Under the pieces are notes generated by a model that worked only from the letters and a program-made list of their open reading frames with translations, was not told the origin of the DNA and searched no databases. The translations under genes and the position numbers were made by a program. 64,000 nt of DNA from a virus (Duplodnaviria > Caudoviricetes). The stretch lies in the IMG/VR virus record IMGVR_UViG_3300047564_001818; one strand, 5' to 3'. Of this stretch, positions 56,933-64,000 are shown one piece after another (positions within the stretch are counted from its first letter, which is position 1; each line of letters opens with the position of its first letter).

Positions 56933-57862
56933 ATGACAGAAATCACAGCAGCAAGACTTAATAATCTACAGGCAAGAGTCGAACTTATACTCGGTAACGG
57001 TGCCGGCCAAAATGGCTATGGACAAACCATAGCTAGTGTAAACGTTCTCAATGACGGCGACACCACTATAGAAGCAGACGATTTAAATAACATTTATGCT
57101 GACATGATACGTGCTAGAATTCATCAAGTTGGTCCGGGAGATTTAGGTATTGCTGAAGTAATACAAAATTTAAATGTAATTGCCGAAGAAACTAGCTTTT
57201 TTGTTAACAACTCTGGAATAACCAGTGTTGATGCTGATGGCACCAAAAAGGGTATTGCCGATTTCGAACGTCTAATGACTCAAATTGAAGCTGATAAGCT
57301 TATAATACATCCTAGTCAAGCAGCAATCGAGCCTGCTATTAGCAGCGTTCGAGTATCTCCGTGGAATGGTTTAATTGTACATGAAGTACAAGTTAACTTT
57401 ACTACTGAAGATCAACGACGCCATTTTTTTAATACCGGCGGCGAAATATGGTTTCAAGCTAATAACAGTTTAGCTACTACTCCAAAAGGTTTAGACTGGG
57501 CACAGCTATGCAGTCAAGTAGGAACTATAAAGTTTGGAGCTAACGCAACAATTTCAACCACAGGCGGCGGGTCAAGCATAGGTAATTATGATTTAAACGG
57601 ATCATTACAAATAATTTATCAAAAAATTGGTTCTGGCACATACAGTGCAATATATGCAGGTAATATTTACACTATTAAAGCAAGATTAGACGGCAATTTA
57701 AGAATAGTCTTCCGTATTGAGTTTAATGATGTAGTTGTAGATAATAATGTTGATAATAATGTTGATGGAAGACTTGAAAGCACAGTTAGACAATACCGTG
57801 CAATAGGCGATTATGTAGAAGTACCTGCACCGTCTTATTTTAATTCTTCAACTTTGTCGTAA
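56933..57862 (+). CDS. Virion structural protein (309 aa)
   Basis: Paralog of 57912..58913 (YGQ, RRHFFNTGGEI). Confidence 0.65.
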   Translation: MTEITAARLNNLQARVELILGNGAGQNGYGQTIASVNVLNDGDTTIEADDLNNIYADMIRARIHQVGPGDLGIAEVIQNLNVIAEETSFFVNNSGITSVDADGTKKGIADFERLMTQIEADKLIIHPSQAAIEPAISSVRVSPWNGLIVHEVQVNFTTEDQRRHFFNTGGEIWFQANNSLATTPKGLDWAQLCSQVGTIKFGANATISTTGGGSSIGNYDLNGSLQIIYQKIGSGTYSAIYAGNIYTIKARLDGNLRIVFRIEFNDVVVDNNVDNNVDGRLESTVRQYRAIGDYVEVPAPSYFNSSTLS

Positions 57863-57886
57863 TTTATTTTATTAGCATATAATTAA

Positions 57887-57894
57887 AATAAATA
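57887..57894 (+). promoter_or_regulatory. Late promoter (AATAAATA)
   Basis: AGGGG SD follows before 57912. Confidence 0.65.
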
Positions 57895-57911
57895 CTTCGA
57901 AGGGGTGAAGA

Positions 57912-58913
57912 ATGTCCACAACTATACCTATAGCAGCGAGCAGATATAATACGCTTAGAACTTTAGTAAATAAAATATTAGGAAATTCTGTAGTATCTAC
58001 ACCTAATTATGGATATGGCCAGGCGTTTTCTACTACAGCCGTAGTGGGAAATTTCAACACTAACGGATTAGCAACTGACAAAGTTACAGCAGAACAATAC
58101 GAAAACCTTTATATTGACTTAATACGTTTACGAGTTCATCAAGTTGGCGCTGGTGCTACTACCATAAATCCTTTTGTAGAAGGCGGCTTTGCTACTAATC
58201 CTAGCGCAGATATAATTGAACTAGCATATATTCAGGCATTAGAAACTCTAGCAACAAATATAGAAACAGATAGACTTTTAATAAATGCTGCTACGCAGGC
58301 TGCTGAAGTAAATCTTCTTACAACAGCAGGAGCTCCAGTAGCCAGTACACGAGTATTTGCCACACAAGGATCATGGAATGGTACTATTGTACACATTGTA
58401 AAAGTTACATTTGATGATGCGCAACAGAGACGACAATTTTTTAACGCAGGCGGCGAAATAAGATTTAATGCATCTGTTGCATACACAGGAACACAACAAA
58501 AGACTTTAGATTGGCAAACCCAGTTAAATGCCATGGGAACTATTAGTTTTAAAGCTAATCAGACAGTGTCTAATAACGGTATTGGTTCAAGTTACTCAAT
58601 TGGAAATTATAATTTAACATCAACATATCAGCTATGTTATGATCAAACTGGCGGCGCAACCTACGCTCGTAATCATTATTATATTAGAGCACTACAGCTT
58701 AATGATAGAGAACTACAGTTTAGAATAGAGTTTGAGGACGGACTTCCTAATAATCTTACTTTTGGTATCGACGAGCCTGTGTTAGGCAATTTTACTAGCG
58801 CTCTTAAACTTCTACAGCCTGACGGCTCAGTTAATATTAACGGTACAGTAACTGATACTGTAGTAATACCTACGGCAGATTTGCCAACAGGTACAAATAT
58901 ATCTACACTTTAA
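57912..58913 (+). CDS. Virion structural protein (333 aa)
   Basis: Paralog of 56933..57862 (RRQFFNAGGEIRF). Confidence 0.65.
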   Translation: MSTTIPIAASRYNTLRTLVNKILGNSVVSTPNYGYGQAFSTTAVVGNFNTNGLATDKVTAEQYENLYIDLIRLRVHQVGAGATTINPFVEGGFATNPSADIIELAYIQALETLATNIETDRLLINAATQAAEVNLLTTAGAPVASTRVFATQGSWNGTIVHIVKVTFDDAQQRRQFFNAGGEIRFNASVAYTGTQQKTLDWQTQLNAMGTISFKANQTVSNNGIGSSYSIGNYNLTSTYQLCYDQTGGATYARNHYYIRALQLNDRELQFRIEFEDGLPNNLTFGIDEPVLGNFTSALKLLQPDGSVNINGTVTDTVVIPTADLPTGTNISTL

Positions 58914-58925
58914 TTCACTAACTGA

Positions 58926-58954
58926 TTGACTTTTAAAGATTTTCCATATATACT
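58926..58954 (+). promoter_or_regulatory. Host sigma70-type promoter for the AT-rich island
   Basis: TTGACT (58926-58931), 17 nt, TATACT (58949-58954); GGAGGT SD follows. Confidence 0.75.
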
Positions 58955-58974
58955 TTACTAAATCGGAGGTATAT

Positions 58975-59328
58975 ATGGACGAGCGCCTTGAAAAAGCATT
59001 AGAATTTGCCAATTATATGAAAACTCTTTCAAATCAACGTAGAGTTTTACAAGAGCAATTCAAAGAAAGCTTAATTTATTTTTATAATGGTAGTCAATTT
59101 ACTATTAGTATAGAATTAATTAATTATGCTAACATGTTAGTAGAAAAAGATATTACTACTGATACTGTGTTTGTAGATGACAACGAAATACCTGTTTCTA
59201 TTACAGATCTATCTAAGTTTTTAGAAGATATTCAAGATCAATACTTTCAAGCTTTAAACAAATATTACTATGATTATAGTAAATTAAAATCTAATAGAAG
59301 TGTTGAAAAATTAATCAATCATGAGTAA
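58975..59328 (+). CDS. Hypothetical protein (117 aa)
   Basis: Strong GGAGG SD; overlaps the next gene. Confidence 0.7.
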   Translation: MDERLEKALEFANYMKTLSNQRRVLQEQFKESLIYFYNGSQFTISIELINYANMLVEKDITTDTVFVDDNEIPVSITDLSKFLEDIQDQYFQALNKYYYDYSKLKSNRSVEKLINHE

Positions 59329-60172
59329 AGGTGTCCTGCTAATAGCAAACAATAATAGTCAAATTGACTATGTAAAACAATCTGTGTATCTTGCTAAAAG
59401 AATACAAAAATTTTTAGATGTTCCGATTAGTATTATTACTGATAGTCCTGGATATTTAAAAGATTGTTTTGATTTTTCAATTTTTGATAAAATAATTAAT
59501 TTTCAACAAAAAGACAACAATCGACGAATTCTTTTTGACGGAGAATACAGTCAAAAAATAGTACAGTGGCAAAACGGCACTAGAATCAATGCTTATGATT
59601 TAACCCCATATGATCAAACGTTACTGCTAGACACTGACTTTATTATAAACAACACTCTATTAAAATCTGTGTTTAATTCTTCTAATGATTTTATGATCTA
59701 TGAAGATTCTTACGATCTTAGTCAAGTTAGAAATACAGTAGAATTTAGTCGAGTAAGTGATACAGGCATTGATTTTTATTGGGCCACAGCAGTTTATTTT
59801 ACAAAAACAGAAGAAAACAAAATATTTTTTAATTTAGTAAAACACATTAAAGAAGAATGGGATCATTATGTACGTGTATATAGATTACCTAGCACTATTT
59901 ATAGAAATGACTACGCCTTCAGTATAGCTGTTCATATTATGAACGGATTTCAAAAAGGTAATTTTGCAAAAAAATTGCCTGGTAAAATATATTACATAAC
60001 AGACAAAGATATTTTAATAAAACATCAAGACACTGCTATGACATTTTTAGTAAGCAAAGAAGACAGACTGGGCGAATATACACTTTTAAAGACTGACAAT
60101 TTAAATGTACATGTTATGAATAAACTAAGTTTACAACGTGTAATCGATGAACAGGATATAGAACATGTCTAA
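59321..60172 (+). CDS. GT-A fold glycosyltransferase (283 aa)
   Basis: KGVLLIA start, LTPYDQTLLLDTD (DxD), RNDYAFSIA. Confidence 0.7.
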   Translation: MSKGVLLIANNNSQIDYVKQSVYLAKRIQKFLDVPISIITDSPGYLKDCFDFSIFDKIINFQQKDNNRRILFDGEYSQKIVQWQNGTRINAYDLTPYDQTLLLDTDFIINNTLLKSVFNSSNDFMIYEDSYDLSQVRNTVEFSRVSDTGIDFYWATAVYFTKTEENKIFFNLVKHIKEEWDHYVRVYRLPSTIYRNDYAFSIAVHIMNGFQKGNFAKKLPGKIYYITDKDILIKHQDTAMTFLVSKEDRLGEYTLLKTDNLNVHVMNKLSLQRVIDEQDIEHV

Positions 60173-61010
60173 AGGTATAGTAATTGTTGCACAAAATAAT
60201 TATAAGATTAATTATGTAGAACAAGCAATAGTGCTAGCACTCAGTTTAAAACTAACTAATCCCAATCTTCCGATTTCTATTATTACTAACGATAAAATTT
60301 CAAAAAACGATGCAGAACTTTTTGATAAAATAATTGAAATTCCTTGGGACGATCTTGCAGTTAGTAGTGATTGGAAAATTGAAAACAGATGGAAAGTTTA
60401 CTATTCTACACCGTACGATGAAACTATTGTAATGGACACAGACATGATTGTGTTAGAAAATATCGATCATTGGTGGAAATATTTTAAAAACTATGATTTA
60501 TTTTTTACTACAAATGTTTTAACTTATCGTAACGAGATAGTTTCCGACGATTACTATAGAAAAACTTTTACAAATAATAAATTGCCAAACTTGTACACTG
60601 GAATTTATTATTTTAAAAAGTCTAATTTTACACAAAATTTCTTTGACAATTTAGAAATTGTGTTTAAAAATTGGGAAAAATTTTACAGTATATTTTTAAC
60701 AGAAAATACTCCTGATTTTGCTAGTATGGATGTGTGTGCTGCTATCGCAGTAGAACTTTTAGATTGCAAACACTTAGTTACAAATACAAAAACGTTAATA
60801 CCCTCATTTGTTCACATGAAGTCTCGTGTTCAAAATTGGGAAATGTCATCACATAATTGGCAACGAACAATAAGTGCATACTTAGATGACGAATGTAATC
60901 TAAAAATTGGTAATTATCAACAAACAGGAATATTTCATTATACTGAAAAAGACTTTGTAAGTGTTACAGATGCTAAAGAAAAGTATAGGAAAAGATTAAA
61001 TGACAAATAA
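60165..61010 (+). CDS. GT-A fold glycosyltransferase paralog (281 aa)
   Basis: KGIVIVA start, STPYDETIVMDTD, SMDVCAAIA, FHY. Confidence 0.7.
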   Translation: MSKGIVIVAQNNYKINYVEQAIVLALSLKLTNPNLPISIITNDKISKNDAELFDKIIEIPWDDLAVSSDWKIENRWKVYYSTPYDETIVMDTDMIVLENIDHWWKYFKNYDLFFTTNVLTYRNEIVSDDYYRKTFTNNKLPNLYTGIYYFKKSNFTQNFFDNLEIVFKNWEKFYSIFLTENTPDFASMDVCAAIAVELLDCKHLVTNTKTLIPSFVHMKSRVQNWEMSSHNWQRTISAYLDDECNLKIGNYQQTGIFHYTEKDFVSVTDAKEKYRKRLNDK

Positions 61011-61617
61011 TTTACAGTCTTTGTTCCAAAAAATAAAAATTGATACACAATCGGCAAATTTAGCCTATATCTATTACGACAAAACTGAAGGAACTATTCA
61101 TAAAATTTCTTCACGTAAAGAAGTTACTGAATATGAAATTTTAGAAATTGAACGTAAAGCAGCAGAATCTTTTTTAACTGGAGAAAAAAAGACAGGTGAT
61201 TATCAAATTGCGTATGACGTTGCAACTAAAACAGTAATATTAAAACATATTAACGAAAAAAATTCCTTAACAACTTATGATAAAGTTCTATATCAAATAC
61301 CCAAACACAGCAGTAAGTCTGCAGACTTAATTATAGTCCAAAATCTTAAAAACAGTACTTGGAATATTTCCATAGACAATACTACTTTAGAATTTGTAAA
61401 AGAACACGGTCTTTCTTTGTATGACAAAATTTTGCTAAGTGTTACAAAAAAAGACGATCCCAATATCTTATATAGAACTCTCTATATCGAGTTAGAGATG
61501 TTAATTGAAAAAGAAGTAAAAATTCCATTCAAGTTTGATTTTGAATTTCACGGTAGAGATGTAAGTATATACACAAACAAGTATTTTGACTCGTATGCTT
61601 ATAAGGTTGTAGGATGA
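61000..61617 (+). CDS. Hypothetical protein (205 aa)
   Basis: Overlapping operon member; function not recognised. Confidence 0.6.
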   Translation: MTNNLQSLFQKIKIDTQSANLAYIYYDKTEGTIHKISSRKEVTEYEILEIERKAAESFLTGEKKTGDYQIAYDVATKTVILKHINEKNSLTTYDKVLYQIPKHSSKSADLIIVQNLKNSTWNISIDNTTLEFVKEHGLSLYDKILLSVTKKDDPNILYRTLYIELEMLIEKEVKIPFKFDFEFHGRDVSIYTNKYFDSYAYKVVG

Positions 61618-62534
61618 CAAAAAAAATTAAAATAATTGACTACGATATTATCTATCTAAGTTATGATGAACCCAATGCTGAACGCAACTATGCAGATCTT
61701 TGCAAGAAAGTTCCCTGGGCTAAACGTGTTCACGGAGTAAAAGGTTCAGATGCTGCACACAAAGCATGTGCAGAACTAAGTGAAACTGATAGATTTATCA
61801 CAGTTGACGGTGATAATCGTATAAGAGAAGAGTTTTTGAATCAAGAAATAGATTTTGAAGAGCATTCTGATTTAACCAATACAGTTATTAGTTGGTGCGG
61901 AAAAAACACAATTAATGGACTTATGTATGGTAATGGTGGTTTAAAATTATGGCCTAAAAAATATGTTCTTAATATGCGTACTCATGAAAATGCTGACATT
62001 AATAATGCTCATGCACAAGTTGACTTTTGTTGGGATGCGCAATATATTCAAATGAACAGTTGTTACTCAGACGTATACAACAACGAAACTCCTCAACAAG
62101 CCTGGAGAGCAGGATTTCGAGAAGGGGTAAAACTTGCAACTGACCAAGGAATTCGAATAGATAAAGAAAAATTTAAAAATAATCACTGGAGATGTTTACA
62201 CTGGGCATATATATGGTCGATGGTAGGCTCTGATGTTAAAAACGGGTTATGGGCAATCTATGGAGCTCGAGAAGGGTTGTTTAAAACAATGTGCACCGAC
62301 TGGGATTACATACAAGTTAGAGATTTTGAATATTTAAATTCTCTATGGAATGAAAAAAATATAACACAAGATAATTTATTAGAAATTATAATAGATTACG
62401 GAAAACAGCTGATAACAAACTTAGATATTCCAATATCAGAAAACCCATTAAACGAGCAACAAAGTAAATTTTTTAAAGAAGTTTATCAAATTCCTACAAG
62501 AATTCCATACCAAAAGTTTATAGAAAAACTATAA
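61614..62534 (+). CDS. GT2-like glycosyltransferase (306 aa)
   Basis: IIYLSYDE, AAHKACA, FITVDGD (DxD), WRAGFRE. Confidence 0.65.
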   Translation: MTKKIKIIDYDIIYLSYDEPNAERNYADLCKKVPWAKRVHGVKGSDAAHKACAELSETDRFITVDGDNRIREEFLNQEIDFEEHSDLTNTVISWCGKNTINGLMYGNGGLKLWPKKYVLNMRTHENADINNAHAQVDFCWDAQYIQMNSCYSDVYNNETPQQAWRAGFREGVKLATDQGIRIDKEKFKNNHWRCLHWAYIWSMVGSDVKNGLWAIYGAREGLFKTMCTDWDYIQVRDFEYLNSLWNEKNITQDNLLEIIIDYGKQLITNLDIPISENPLNEQQSKFFKEVYQIPTRIPYQKFIEKL

Positions 62535-62537
62535 TAG

Positions 62538-64000
62538 ATGTCGATCTATAAGTTTTACAGATCTAGCTTATCTATTAAAAAAACTTTTAAAGATTTAAAT
62601 TTAGTTATCGATACTAATGGTAAGGTAATTCAAAATTCTGATAACTTAGAAAATGTTACACAAGGTCTTAATTCAATAAGCCCTAGTTTATGTTTAGCAA
62701 AATTTACACAAGTAACTATGCATCTAGGTTCAGGATTAGTACATAGCTGTCATCATCCTAGACAGCACAAAATTCCATTAGACGAGTTAGAAAAAAATCC
62801 AGCTGCGCTTTTTAATACTACAGTTTTAAAAGCTGCTAGAAAAGAAATGCTCAACGGTGTTCGTCCTAACGAATGTGATTATTGTTGGAGAATTGAAGAT
62901 AATAAAAATCCTAGTGATAGACATTATAAGAGCAGCGAAGATTGGGCAATCAAAGAATACGACTCTATTGTAAATTCTACAGGAGAAGAGTTTTTTAAGC
63001 CCTCATATCTAGAGGTAAGCTTTGGAAATGCTTGTAACTTAAAATGTGTATATTGCGGCCCCGAATTTAGCACAAAATGGGTTGAAGAATTAAAACAGCA
63101 AGGTCCTATAAAAATTACCGATGGTAATGGTGGTGTTCAGTGGGCACAAGGTTGGCAAGATTTAGATACTATATCGATTCCTAATAGAGAGCATAATCCT
63201 TATATCGAAGCATTTTGGAAATGGTTTCCAGAAATTTATCCTAGTTTAAAACATTATAGAATAACTGGCGGTGAACCTCTTCTTAATAAAAACACACTTA
63301 AAAGTTTAGATTATTTAATAGAAAACCCAAAACAGGATTTAGAATTAAGTATTAACACAAATTTAAGTGTTCCACAAAAAATATGGGATAATTTTATAAA
63401 TAAAATAACTGAGTTAGAAAAATCTGCTAATTTTAAAAAGATAACAGTTTATACTAGCATAGAAAGCTGGGGAGAAAAAGCAGAATACGCTAGAACAGAC
63501 TTAGATTTTAATTTAGTAAAATCTCGTTTTGAAGAGCTTTTAGAAAAGACTTCTGTAAAATGCACTGTAATGGCTACATATAACATTTTAGCTGTTACTA
63601 GTTTTACAGATTTGTTAAAATGGATTTTAGAGCTTAAAAAAGAATATAACTACAACCCTAAAAGAGACATAATTTATAACAATACAGGTTATGATTTGAG
63701 AAAAAGTAAAATTAAAAAATCCATAAATGATATTAGAGTTAGCGTTGATATTCCTTATCTAAGACATCCTGAATTTTTAGATGTTCAGCTTTGCGACGAT
63801 GAGCTTTTACTAAATTATATGATACCAAGTTTAAATTTTATGATAGATAATACTAGTGAAGATCCTTATAGATTACATTTAGGATTTGAAAAATTTGAAT
63901 TAGAAAAATTTAAAAGAATAATAGAAAACAGGTTGTATCTCAAAAACGATGACATTAAAAATAAAGCAAAATTTTATGATTTTATTAAACAAATTGACAG
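62538..64000 (+). CDS. Radical SAM protein with N-terminal Twitch/SPASM-like Cys cluster (3'-truncated; not in ORF track)
   Basis: ATG 62538; CLAK...SCHH...CDYCW; CNLKCVYC (CxxxCxxC) at 63033-63056; TGGEP; frame open to the window end. Confidence 0.9.
   Translation, partial: MSIYKFYRSSLSIKKTFKDLNLVIDTNGKVIQNSDNLENVTQGLNSISPSLCLAKFTQVTMHLGSGLVHSCHHPRQHKIPLDELEKNPAALFNTTVLKAARKEMLNGVRPNECDYCWRIEDNKNPSDRHYKSSEDWAIKEYDSIVNSTGEEFFKPSYLEVSFGNACNLKCVYCGPEFSTKWVEELKQQGPIKITDGNGGVQWAQGWQDLDTISIPNREHNPYIEAFWKWFPEIYPSLKHYRITGGEPLLNKNTLKSLDYLIENPKQDLELSINTNLSVPQKIWDNFINKITELEKSANFKKITVYTSIESWGEKAEYARTDLDFNLVKSRFEELLEKTSVKCTVMATYNILAVTSFTDLLKWILELKKEYNYNPKRDIIYNNTGYDLRKSKIKKSINDIRVSVDIPYLRHPEFLDVQLCDDELLLNYMIPSLNFMIDNTSEDPYRLHLGFEKFELEKFKRIIENRLYLKNDDIKNKAKFYDFIKQID

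Noticed and set aside
51478-58913. Diversity-generating retroelement acting on fibre tips
   Set aside because: No reverse transcriptase and no adenine-variant template/variable repeat pair seen in this window.
1-64000. Stop-codon reassignment (seen in some jumbo phages)
   Set aside because: Standard code gives intact full-length genes, including 5133 aa; conserved genes are not broken by TAG or TGA.

Overview
64 kb of a T4-superfamily (gp20-23/gp46-47/gp55-type) contractile-tailed phage, almost entirely the virion morphogenesis region. The gp6-giant wedge-paralogous fibre layout resembles RaK2/GAP32/XacN1-type jumbo myoviruses (inference from gene content, not a database hit). Minus strand: tape measure, portal, a Maf/DUF115-like protein, acidic core protein, prohead protease, scaffold, major capsid, small structural genes and two paralogous beta-helix fibre genes; also late sigma gp55, gp47, gp46 and an EndoII-like GIY-YIG nuclease. 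Plus strand: gp26/gp51-like pair, baseplate hub/spike/wedge genes, a 5133-aa giant protein, fibre paralog arrays, and an AT-rich glycosyltransferase/radical-SAM island with its own sigma70 promoter. Best leads: (1) a ~430-nt highly structured non-coding element just downstream of the GIY-YIG nuclease and a small basic protein; (2) a canonical -1 ribosomal frameshift signal (U_UUU_UUC, 5-nt spacer, 12-bp hairpin) fusing the gp26-like and gp51-like ORFs beside the tape measure gene, like lambda G/GT; (3) glycosylation machinery embedded in head and tail modules; (4) structured late 5' leaders and apparently leaderless late mRNAs. Two edge-truncated genes (1..1845 and 62538..64000) are absent from the ORF track. 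No CRISPR, tRNA, rRNA or reverse transcriptase seen. All family calls are by motif recognition; no searches were run.
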